Assembly (NCBI GenBank): GCA_963663165.1
Contig: OY760175.1
Location: forward strand, 1,216,001 to 1,280,000
Length of the DNA: 64,000 bases
Direction: 5' to 3'
DNA from: an uncultured Desulfospira sp.
Lineage (GTDB): Bacteria; Desulfobacterota; Desulfobacteria; Desulfobacterales; Desulfobacteraceae
The notes under the pieces were generated by a model that made no database searches, was not told where the DNA came from, and was given only the letters and a program-made list of their open reading frames with translations. Positions 11,296 to 21,700 of the stretch are shown one piece after another. The stretch's first letter is position 1, and the number at the start of each line of letters is the position of its first letter. A program made the position numbers and the translations under genes.

Positions 11296-11428
11296 TGGCT
11301 TGGGGTCGGGCCGCAGCAACCTGTTGTATTATTAGGAAAAGAGCTAAGAATATGCCCCTAAAACGGCCTTAATCGACCCTTTTGGGGGCCGAAAACATGG
11401 GTTTAATTTTGCTCTGACCTTATTTTTA
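11296..11428. repeat. 133-bp GGGTC double-ended repeat unit, diverged copy B
   Basis: tggcttggggtcgggccgcagc...tttaattttgctctgaccttattttta, colinear with copy A with scattered substitutions. Confidence 0.88.
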
Positions 11429-11455
11429 CAGGATATTGAGATAACCGGCCGGGCC

Positions 11456-14400
11456 GTGGACCGCAGCGACGGCCAGCCTCTTGCGCAAGTCCCCCTGATC
11501 CTGGTGATTACCTTTGACGGATTTGAAAGAAGCGACCAAATCTATACCGGCAGTGACGGCAGTTTTACCTATGCCTTTGGCCCCACCCCGGGCCAATACG
11601 GAGAGTATAAAGCCTGCGCCATCCATCCGGATCTGATGGACCGTCCGGTCCAGGGAAGATTTACCATTGCACAAACCGTTAAAGACCGGATCGGGTTTGC
11701 CCCGGCAAGTGCTGAACTCACCACCTGCCTGCGGTATGAACGGCAAATCGAAGTCACCGTCACCGCAGGCAGTGAGGCATCGGCAACCAACCTCGGGTTT
11801 GTCTATGAGGCATCCGACCAGGAAGAAGAGACCCCGGCCCAGGGTATTCATGTGGATACCGGCGACCCAGTTGCAGAACTTGGTCCCGGAGAAACCCAGA
11901 CCATCACCATCACCCTGTGGGCCGATAATACGGCCGAAGAAAACACCACCATAACCCTCAGGCTGGTCAGCGACGAGGCCCCTGATACCGGCTGGGGAGA
12001 ATTGCCCATCCGTATCCAAACCACGGACACAGGCCCGGTGGTAACCAGTGAGCCTAACCGCATAGAAACCGGCCTTGCCCTGGACCAGAGTGTTACAGAA
12101 ACCCTCACCCTCAAAAACATTGGGTTCGCCCCCCTGGTTGATCCTGCGGTGTCTCTGGTAAACCGTGACGGCACCCCGGCCCCGGGCTGGGTGTTGTTGA
12201 ACCTGCCATCGGACATGGATGCCATTGAGGTCGGGGAAAGCGTAGATGCCACGGTGCTATTTTCTCCCACCCAGGCTGAAGTATCAGAAGGAGAGTATTA
12301 TTTTTACATTCAGGTGCAAGGCGCCAATTATGCGGCCGTGAACATCCCTGTCCATGCGGTGGTGACAAGTTCCGGCACGGGCCATATCCTGTTCAAGGTA
12401 TCGGATATCTACACCGGCACCATTGATGAAAAAACCGGCAAGATGATCCAGGGGCTGCCCGGAGCCGCGTTGACCCTGCAAAATGAGAGTGCCGCAAGCA
12501 TCACCTACAGCGGTGGTACAGACCAATACGGGGAGCTGCTCTTATCCGACATCCCCGCAGGCCGGTACAAGTATATCTTAAAAGCAGACGACCATGAGCA
12601 GTCCATTGGCCGGGTCTGGATCAAGCCGGGCATTACAGCCACCCAGGATGTTTTTTTAAACAACACCCTGGTCACCGTGGAGTGGTCAGTGGTTGAGACC
12701 GGTATCCAGGACCAGTATGAGATCGTATTAAAGGCTACCTATGAGACCAATGTCCCGGCACCGGTGGTGGTGGCCGATCCCCTGTCCGTCTCCCTTGCGG
12801 GCATGTCACCCGGCGATGTCCTGTCCGGAGAAATCCGGTTCACCAATTATGGGCTGATCCGGGCAGACAACATTGAATTTGCGGCCCCTTCGTCTGACCA
12901 ATATTTTAAATACGAGTTTTTGAACATCCCTGAGACCATAGAAGCCAAAGAATCGGTCAATGTGGCTTATCGTGTAACCTGCCTGTCAAGCCTGACCGGT
13001 GAGGACGAGGGCAACGGCGGAGGGACCGGCGGCTATTCGAAATCCGGCAAAATGAGTTACTGGGCCAAGTGTTACTCCGGGTCTGCATCAATTCATTTTC
13101 ATGTCCCGGGCGAAACCGGCATCGGTGGTGAGGGCAGTGAATATACCGGCTTGTCAGGCGGATCAGACTTCAGCCATTCGAGTACCATAGCCCACGGTGT
13201 AATGTGCTGGCCGAATATCGTCCGGAAAGAATCTTCAGATAACACAGGTGGATCTTCGGCAAACAAGCAGACCGGAATACAGAACATGCAACCCGCCGCA
13301 GAAACAGACCAAAAGCAATGCACCCTCTCTTCAGTGAATATGCTGTACCGGGAATATAATCGAAACAAAACCGACATCCGGGTCAAGGTACCCGGCGGCT
13401 TGGTTCGTTTATACCGGCAGTATTACAACAATCAGTGGCACTGGAATTATCTTGACGGCAATTTAACTGTTGTTCCAAGTTCCGGAACCGGGGGGATTGA
13501 TTCCATTGAAAAAAATGATGTTATTTACGAGCCCGCCGCCACATCAACCGGCAATCAAATTTTTGTCCATGAAAATTATAAAATCATTGCCGACGAAGAC
13601 GGCTATACCTGGAAGACCCCCTATGGTGACTGGAAAAAATTTGACCTGAACGGCCGGATGGTATCCCACGGCGGCCGGGCAGGCCAGGTCGCCCAACTCA
13701 TTTATGAAGATGAAGAAACCGGCAAACTTACAGGCATTGCCGATAAAAACCTGCGTCAGATATTCTGGTTTGAGTACGACGGGGAAGGGAACTTGTCGGC
13801 AGTGGAAGACCTTAAAGGTCGGCGGGTGGCGTATACCTATGAAAACAAACTGCTGACAGGGGTTCTGGATCTTCAGGAAGGTACCACCAGCTATGAATAT
13901 GACAGCGAAAACCGGATTATAAAGACAACCACACCAGATGGGCATTACTCAACCGTAGAGTACGACGAATACGGCAACGCAACCCAATCCCTGGATGAAA
14001 ACAGCAACGGATACGATTTTGAATACACCTATGATGAATCCACGGGCCTGTTTTACGCCATGACCACTTCTCCTGCAGGACAGGTTAAGGAAGCCTGGTA
14101 TGACCTTAACGGGTACACCCGCAGGGTCGATATCAACGGCCGGACGGTCAAGACCATTGATGTATCACAAAGAACCTTTGCCGTGACCGATGAGAACGGC
14201 AATGTAACACTGGAAGAGTATGATGAATGGGAAAACTTAACCCGGATGGTTTACCCGGACGGCAGTGAGGTGACTTACGAATACGAGCGGACCTATAACC
14301 AACCGGTCCGCATGGTAAATGAAAACGGTGTGGCCACCCTTTTTGAATATGACGACAACGGCAACCTGACCCAGAAGACAGAAGCGGCCGGAACCGATGA

Positions 14401-17044
14401 TGAACGCATCACCCAATACACCTATGATGAAGACGGCAATACCCTGACCATCACCATTTTGGCTGATGCCGTCACAAGTGTATCTCAAACCGTGATGACC
14501 TATGATGGCAACGGCAACCTTGAAACCCTTACCGACCCGGCAGGCGGAATTACCAGGTTCACCGATTATGACATTACAGGCAGGCTCCTTACAAAAATCG
14601 ACGCCAGGGGCAAAACCTGGGGCTACACCTACGACAACAAGAGCAACCTTAAAACCGCCACCGATCCTTTGGGCAACACCACTGAATATGAATACGACAA
14701 GGCCGGCAACCGGACCCGAATGGTGGATGCCCTGGGCCACCAGACCCTGTTTGAATATGATCTCCACAACAACCTTGTCCTGCAAATTGACCACGAGGGC
14801 AATGAAACCCGGTTTGAATATGATGCCGGCAATAATCTGATCCGAAAGACCGATCCCGAAGGATCAGCCACCCAAAACACCTATGACACCGAAGGACGTA
14901 TGGTGAGTACGGTTGACGGCCATGGGGATGAGACCATTTTCGAATACGATGACATTGATTCTGGCTGCTCATCCTGCAACGGGTCCCGGGGCCTTCCCTC
15001 CAGAGTCATCTATCCCACGTTTACAAAAACATTCACCTATGACAGACGAAACCGGAAAACCGCAGAGACAGACCATCTGAACGACACCACCGAAACCACC
15101 ACCCTGTTTGAATATGACAGCATCGGCAACCTCGCCGCTAAAACCGACAAAGAGGGAAGAACCACCGTATACATCTATGACGCCCTGAACCGGGTCACAA
15201 AAGTAATAGATTCGGCCAACAGTGAAACCATCTATGAATATGACAACCGGGACAACTTGATATCCTTGACTGACGCTGAAAACCAGACCACGTTATTTGA
15301 GTATGACGCAGCCAACCGGCTGGTAAAGGAGACCCGTCCCCTGGGCAATGAGACCATCTACACCTATGACGACGCCGGCAACCTGACCGAAAAGACCGAC
15401 GCCAAAAATCAGAAAACCGAATATAACTATGACGATGCCGGCAGGCTAAATGAGATCCGTTACTTTGCATCTTCAACCGACACGGTTCCTGCCAAAACCG
15501 TAACCTTCTCCCACGACAAAACCGGCAACCTGACCGGCTACAACGACGGGACCACCTCAGCGGCCTACATCTACAACACCTTAAACCAAAAGACCAAAGA
15601 GACCGTGAACTACGGGGTATTCTCCCTTGAAACCGGCACAACCTATTACGGCAACGGCCTGAAAAAGAGCCAGACCGGGCCGGACGGCACCACCTACGGA
15701 TACCTGTACGACACCAACAATCAACTTTCTGCTGTACAGGTCCCCAATGCCGGGTATATAACTGTCGGGGAATACCAGTGGAACCGGCCCAAGTCTTTGC
15801 TGTTCCCCGGTGGCAGCCAAAGGACCGTTGAATACGACCCTCTCATGCGCATCAAGCAGATCACGGCCCGGGACCAGGCAGACAATCAAAACTTAAGCTT
15901 GGCTTATGAGTACGACAAAATGGACAACATAACCGCCAAAGCCACGGAACACGGCTCTTATGCTTATGAATACGATGCACTGTACCGGTTAACCCAGACG
16001 GACAACCCGGTCCAGGATGACGAGGCCTTTACCTATGACAACGTGGGCAACCGGCTGACATCTGCAGATACTTCCGCACAGTGGGCCTACAACCAGAACA
16101 ACGAACTGGCCGGTTACGACGATGTAACCTTTACCCATGACGCCAACGGCAACATCATCGAGAAGAACAATAACGGTACCATCACCCGCTTTTACTACAA
16201 TATCGAAAACCGCCTGGAGCGTGTAGAAAGCGAATCCGGAACAGTAATTGCCGAATACTACTATGACCCCTTTGGCCGCCGTCTCTGGAAAGACGTATCC
16301 GGAACCCGAACCTGCTACCACTACACCGACGAGGGCCTGGCAGGCGAATACAATGCCGCAGGCAACACGAAAAAGACCTACGGCTACAAACCCGGCGGAA
16401 CCTGGGGAACTGATCCGTTGTTCATGAAGGTTGGGTCCGAGTATTATTTTTACCACAATGACCACTTAGGCACCCCTCAAAAAATGACGGCTGTCAATGG
16501 GGTTGTTGTTTGGTCGGCTAGGCACAGTTCGTTTGGCAAAGCTGAGGTTGATTCTGTATCTACGGTTGAAAATAATTTACGGTTCCCGGGACAGTATTGG
16601 GATGCGGAGATGGGGCTGAATTATAACTGGCATCGGTATTATGATTTGCACACCGGACGATATATCACTGCTGATCCGATTGGGCTTGACGGCGGGATTA
16701 ATTATTATTTTTATGCGAAACAAAATCCAATCACTTTTGTTGACTCATTGGGCTTAGTATGTGGATCAGGCTGGAATGATCCGATAGTCCCTGATGAATG
16801 GTTTCTTTTTGATTTTACTGATGCATGCCAAAAACATGATGATTGCTATGGAAATTGCAAAGGCCCTAAGAAGGAAGTCTGTGATCGTAATTTTTTAAAC
16901 GACATGTTAAGCAAATGCCAAAAAGAAGGAATGTTCCAACTAGTTCTAGATTGTAAAATAAAAGCATATATCTATTATAAATTCGTTGATTGGTTTGGAG
17001 GCGGTCCATTCGATGATTCTAGGAAAAACTGTTGTAACCCATAA
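11456..17044 (+). CDS. 5'-truncated Rhs paralogue (copy 2) with phospholipase A2-like C-terminal toxin
   Basis: Homology to copy 1 starts at about 11431, right after repeat B. The tip after DSLGL (16757-17044) contains CGSG...FTDACQKHDDCY...CDRNF, the secretory PLA2 C-x-x-H-D-x-C-Y motif. Confidence 0.88.
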   Translation: MDRSDGQPLAQVPLILVITFDGFERSDQIYTGSDGSFTYAFGPTPGQYGEYKACAIHPDLMDRPVQGRFTIAQTVKDRIGFAPASAELTTCLRYERQIEVTVTAGSEASATNLGFVYEASDQEEETPAQGIHVDTGDPVAELGPGETQTITITLWADNTAEENTTITLRLVSDEAPDTGWGELPIRIQTTDTGPVVTSEPNRIETGLALDQSVTETLTLKNIGFAPLVDPAVSLVNRDGTPAPGWVLLNLPSDMDAIEVGESVDATVLFSPTQAEVSEGEYYFYIQVQGANYAAVNIPVHAVVTSSGTGHILFKVSDIYTGTIDEKTGKMIQGLPGAALTLQNESAASITYSGGTDQYGELLLSDIPAGRYKYILKADDHEQSIGRVWIKPGITATQDVFLNNTLVTVEWSVVETGIQDQYEIVLKATYETNVPAPVVVADPLSVSLAGMSPGDVLSGEIRFTNYGLIRADNIEFAAPSSDQYFKYEFLNIPETIEAKESVNVAYRVTCLSSLTGEDEGNGGGTGGYSKSGKMSYWAKCYSGSASIHFHVPGETGIGGEGSEYTGLSGGSDFSHSSTIAHGVMCWPNIVRKESSDNTGGSSANKQTGIQNMQPAAETDQKQCTLSSVNMLYREYNRNKTDIRVKVPGGLVRLYRQYYNNQWHWNYLDGNLTVVPSSGTGGIDSIEKNDVIYEPAATSTGNQIFVHENYKIIADEDGYTWKTPYGDWKKFDLNGRMVSHGGRAGQVAQLIYEDEETGKLTGIADKNLRQIFWFEYDGEGNLSAVEDLKGRRVAYTYENKLLTGVLDLQEGTTSYEYDSENRIIKTTTPDGHYSTVEYDEYGNATQSLDENSNGYDFEYTYDESTGLFYAMTTSPAGQVKEAWYDLNGYTRRVDINGRTVKTIDVSQRTFAVTDENGNVTLEEYDEWENLTRMVYPDGSEVTYEYERTYNQPVRMVNENGVATLFEYDDNGNLTQKTEAAGTDDERITQYTYDEDGNTLTITILADAVTSVSQTVMTYDGNGNLETLTDPAGGITRFTDYDITGRLLTKIDARGKTWGYTYDNKSNLKTATDPLGNTTEYEYDKAGNRTRMVDALGHQTLFEYDLHNNLVLQIDHEGNETRFEYDAGNNLIRKTDPEGSATQNTYDTEGRMVSTVDGHGDETIFEYDDIDSGCSSCNGSRGLPSRVIYPTFTKTFTYDRRNRKTAETDHLNDTTETTTLFEYDSIGNLAAKTDKEGRTTVYIYDALNRVTKVIDSANSETIYEYDNRDNLISLTDAENQTTLFEYDAANRLVKETRPLGNETIYTYDDAGNLTEKTDAKNQKTEYNYDDAGRLNEIRYFASSTDTVPAKTVTFSHDKTGNLTGYNDGTTSAAYIYNTLNQKTKETVNYGVFSLETGTTYYGNGLKKSQTGPDGTTYGYLYDTNNQLSAVQVPNAGYITVGEYQWNRPKSLLFPGGSQRTVEYDPLMRIKQITARDQADNQNLSLAYEYDKMDNITAKATEHGSYAYEYDALYRLTQTDNPVQDDEAFTYDNVGNRLTSADTSAQWAYNQNNELAGYDDVTFTHDANGNIIEKNNNGTITRFYYNIENRLERVESESGTVIAEYYYDPFGRRLWKDVSGTRTCYHYTDEGLAGEYNAAGNTKKTYGYKPGGTWGTDPLFMKVGSEYYFYHNDHLGTPQKMTAVNGVVVWSARHSSFGKAEVDSVSTVENNLRFPGQYWDAEMGLNYNWHRYYDLHTGRYITADPIGLDGGINYYFYAKQNPITFVDSLGLVCGSGWNDPIVPDEWFLFDFTDACQKHDDCYGNCKGPKKEVCDRNFLNDMLSKCQKEGMFQLVLDCKIKAYIYYKFVDWFGGGPFDDSRKNCCNP

Positions 17045-17049
17045 AATTA

Positions 17050-17514
17050 ATGATATCTAAGATGACTTTTTCTTCTACTAAATTATTATATAATTTTATG
17101 CCTATTATCATAGGTATGATAACACCATCAACCCTTCTTTTTTTTGTTCAAATTTCTATCGGTGATTATCAAATATTTCAGGCTGTTCAGGATATATGCC
17201 ACAAACAATTCGCATCTGGGTATAATTACCTTTTGCTGACTGTTATCGGTTTGTTTCCCTTTGTGATTTTAAGCATAATACTGAGTAGAAGAATAGAGAA
17301 CAAAGAGTTAATCAATACAGATGATTGGATTTTTTGCTTGGTAGGAATATTTGGAATTTTAATTTTAATGATACCTAGCCATCTGATTGTTTGGGTTCCT
17401 ATATATAGAGCAACAAGAGCGTCCTCTACATCAGTAATAGCCTTTTTTTTTGTACCATTCTATAGCCTTCTTTCTATGCTCATAACTATATTCATATTTA
17501 AAAAAATCAGATGA
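17050..17514 (+). CDS. Putative immunity protein, multi-pass membrane
   Basis: 154 aa with about 4 hydrophobic segments, AT-rich, 5 nt after the toxin stop. Confidence 0.72.
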   Translation: MISKMTFSSTKLLYNFMPIIIGMITPSTLLFFVQISIGDYQIFQAVQDICHKQFASGYNYLLLTVIGLFPFVILSIILSRRIENKELINTDDWIFCLVGIFGILILMIPSHLIVWVPIYRATRASSTSVIAFFFVPFYSLLSMLITIFIFKKIR

Positions 17515-17702
17515 TCGGGCAGATAGTTCGTTGATTTGAAAGAGGACCGTGGGTCGGGCCGCAGTAACCAATTGCTGTTTGGGGGTCGGGCCGAAAGCGC
17601 CGATGATAATTGGGGTCAGAGTAAAATTAAATTGTCTGACAATTCAATGCACCTCACCTTTCCGGTACTCTCTTGACGGTTGTCCCCCCAAGAGAGTACA
17701 TT

Positions 17703-18713
17703 TTAATTTCCGATAGATTTCATCAATTCAGGAATTGATTTGGCGGAAATGATTTTACCTTTCAAAGCTTTAAGACGATTGATGTCCTGGATAGTCTTGA
17801 TTTTTGTTATAATCGTTTTGCAGTCATCGCAGTCGCCAAACTTAATGCTGACAGCCAATTCAATGCCTTCGATAAGCCCTTGCTCAAGCCCTTGCTCAAG
17901 CCCTTGCTCTCGCCCCTGTTTAAGCCACTTTTCCCGGCCTTCGTTTCTTAATTTTTCAGCCAAAGTCATGATAAAGTCTCCTTTTTCTTCAGACAACGTA
18001 TTTGATACGATAGCATGGAACTTTTTTGTTGTAATATCCTCAACGTTGCTGAATAAATATCTTATCAGAGATTCAAAATATTGCAATCCGGTTTCCTGCT
18101 CGGAAAGATCTTTTAACAACATAAAAATATCGGGCAATTTACTGACCAAATCCGGGTCAAAAATATGCTTGAACAAGAGCATGGTTACCCGGGCCATGAT
18201 GGTTCCCCTGATCTGGTCGTCAGTATATTGGGACAAATCATACAGGATGAACTCAAAATCAGGGATATAGGCTGCCAATTCATCCACCGGTCCCTCAAAA
18301 AGAGATGCAAAGCGGTTTGTCCACCCGCCATTTACCTTTGCCGTGGTATAAAACAAGAGGGATAACAATAGGCAACTTTTTATTTTTGGACTGTTTGAGC
18401 CCAAGACGCCAGATTTTGGCCATATACTCAAAAAGCTGAATGTGAATCAGGCTGTCCAGATAGCTTTTATGCTCAAAAAGAAAGTATACAAACCCTTGAG
18501 AATTCCCGATCCTGACTTTATAGAGCATGTCAGAATAAAAATCTTTCAGGTCCTTGTCAACAAATGAGTCTTTGCAAATCTCAAGGGTATCCAGCCGGAC
18601 AAGATCAATGACAGCCCGGGCAGATAATTTTCCAAAAAGGATCTGGCATTGTTCAGATTGCTCCAGGTATCACGAAACAGCTTGTCATGAGTACGATTCA
18701 ATTTCTTTTTCAT
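17703..18713 (-). pseudogene. Rpn-family (YhgA-like, PD-(D/E)XK) nuclease/putative transposase, two frameshifts
   Basis: Three ORF pieces join: MKKKLNRTHDKLFR..., ...YFLFEHKSY...LPIVIPLVLYHGK, and ...IPDFEFILYDLS...MTLAEKLRNEG-(EQGL)n. Confidence 0.85.
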
Positions 18714-18781
18714 ACCGGCATTTGTACCATGGCGACCCGGCGGCCGCAAGATTTTATCCGGCACCCTGCACCGCTAATACT

Positions 18782-21700
18782 GCCGTGGACCCGGCCGGCA
18801 ACGAATCCGCCCCATCCGAGCCCGCTTACCTTGATTTTGAGCTGCTGCCCGTACAAACCCTGACAGTAACAAGATCCGGTCAAGATGACCCTGTAATCGC
18901 CTGGACCCATACCGGCTCCAGCATCACCGGGTATGACATTTACCTTGGCCCTTCGGATAACCTTGTAAAGCTGAACAGCGAACGGCTGACCCAGTCCTCT
19001 TTTACGGATACCGGGTATGACGGCAGTGAAAGACAGTATACGGTTGTGGCCGTGAACCATAACAATGTGCCGTCCCTGGGCCGCAGCATTGTCCTGCCCG
19101 TTCTGAGCATGGATCTGCCCGGGGATGCCGTTCTCAAACGCGGGTTGATGAACCGCCTTGAATACACCGTGGCCAACAGCGGAACCAGTGCCGTGGACAG
19201 AGCGGTTTTAAAGGTAACGGCCCAGGGCCGGGAACATGTCTCACAAACCTTTGGCATTGACCCGGGTGCATCCCAGACCATACCCGTGGTGATCGGCGGG
19301 TACAGCGACCTGCCGGACATGGTATCCCTGGCCTCTGCCATAGAGATCTCCCCCAATGACAGAGAAACCGTCCGCATCGAAAACCAGGCCGAGATTGAGG
19401 CCGGCACCGGCATGCTCCTTCTCACCTTTACCAATGACGAACTTGTTCGGGGCACCCAGGGTGAGATTGTTTTCACCCTGGAGAACACCGGGGATGAACA
19501 GATCGAAATAATTACAGCCCAGTCCAATGGCCGCCCGTCTGCCGACATTACCCTTTACCTCAGCGATAAAGACGGCAATGTCCTTTCCACAGGCACTTAC
19601 ACCCAGGTTTACGGCAGCAACGTGGTCAACCTGTACAACGGCGGCACCATTGCGCGAATCAACCCCGGTGAGACTTTTGAATCCCAGCCCATGGCCATTG
19701 CCGTGCCTTCAGGGGCTTGCGATGACCTTGTGCTGACCCTTAGATCAGCAATATCTATTACGCCTTGGGAGAACCCGAACAGGTCACCATGGCGGGGGGT
19801 AGCACCAGCCGGGACATCACGTTGATGGATACAGCCTATTACGGAGAGATCCTGACCATCAATCCTGAAGAGTCCAACGGCACCCGGGATATAGAAATCA
19901 TCGGCCGGGCCGTGGACCGCAGCGACGGCCAACCTCTTGCGGAAGTCCCCCTTATCCTGGTGATTACCTTTGACGGATTTGAACGAAGCGATGAGGTCTA
20001 TACCGGCAGTGACGGCAGTTTTACCTATGCCTTTGAACCCACCCCGGGCCAATACGGGGAGTATAAAGTCTGCGCCATCCATCCGGACCTGATGGACCGT
20101 CCGGTCCAGGGTAGATTTACCATTGCGCAAACCGTTAAAGACCGAATCGGATTTTCCCCGGCAAGTTATCAGCTCACCACCTGCCTGCGGTACGAACGGC
20201 AAATTGAAATCACCGTAACCGCAGGCAGTGAGGCATCGGCAACCAACCTCGGGTTTGTCTATGAGGCATCCGACCAGGAAGAAGAGACCCTGCCCCAGGG
20301 CATTCATGTGGATACGGGTGATCCGGTTGCCGAACTTGGTCCCGGAGAGACCCAGACCATCACCATCACCCTGTGGGCCAATAATACGGCCGAAGAAAAC
20401 ACCACCATAACCCTCAGGCTGGTCAGCGACGAGGCCCCTGATACCGGCTGGGGAGAACTGCCCATCCGGATCCAAACCACGGACACAGGCCCGGTGGTAA
20501 CCAGTGAGCCCAACCGCATAGAAACCGGCCTTTCCCTGGACCAAAGCATTACAGAAACCCTCACCCTCAAGAACATGGGGTTCGCCCCCCTGGTTGATCC
20601 TGCCGTGTCCTTGGTAAACCGTGACGGCACCCCGGCCCCGGGCTGGGTTTTGCTGAACCTGCCGTCGGACATGGATGCCATTGAGGTCGGGGAAAGCGTG
20701 GATGCCACGGTGCTATTTTCTCCCACCCAGGCTGAAGTATCAGAAGGAGAGTATTATTTTTACATTCAGGTGCAAGGCGCCAATTATGCGGCCGTGAACA
20801 TCCCTGTCCATGCGGTGGTGACAAGTTCCGGCACGGGCCATATCCTGTTCAAGGTATCGGATATCTACACCGGCACCATTGATGAAAAAACCGGCAAGAT
20901 GATCCAGGGGCTGCCCGGAGCCGCGTTGACCCTGCAAAATGAGAGTGCCGCAAGCATCACCTACAGCGGTGGTACAGACCAATACGGGGAGCTGCTCTTA
21001 TCCGACATCCCCGCAGGCCGGTACAAGTATATCTTAAAAGCAGACGACCATGAGCAGTCCATTGGCCGGGTCTGGATCAAGCCGGGCATTACAGCCACCC
21101 AGGATGTTTTTTTAAACAACACCCTGGTCACCGTGGAGTGGTCAGTGGTTGAGACCGGTATCCAGGACCAGTATGAGATCGTATTAAAGGCTACCTATGA
21201 GACCAATGTCCCGGCACCGGTGGTGGTGGCCGATCCCCTGTCCGTCTCCCTTGCGGGCATGTCACCCGGCGATGTCCTGTCCGGAGAAATCCGGTTCACC
21301 AATTATGGGCTGATCCGGGCGGACAATATTGAATTTGCGGCCCCTTCGTCTGACCAATATTTTAAATACGAGTTTTTAGACATCCCTGCCACCATAGAAG
21401 CCAAAGAATCTGTCAATGTGGCTTATCGCGTAACCTGTCTGTCAAGCCTGACCGGTGAGGATGAGGGCAACGGCGGGGGGGCCGGAAGCTATTCGAAATC
21501 GGGTAAAATGAGTTACTCTGCCAAGTGTTACTCCGGGTCTATATCAGTTAATTTCAATGTCCCGGGAACCGGCAGCGGTGGTGACTGGACAATGCCTTGG
21601 GGATCGGCGAGCAGCACAGGCTTTGGCCGTTCCAGCGAAATTCCCGAAGGGGTGAAATGCTGGCCAGGTTATGACCGTGAAGAACCATCCTTTCTTAACG

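Noticed and set aside
18554..18781. N-terminal part of the 423-aa ORF 18554..19825 as real protein
   Set aside because: It is mostly the antisense of the Rpn 5' end running by chance into the Rhs fragment; Rhs homology starts at about 18782.
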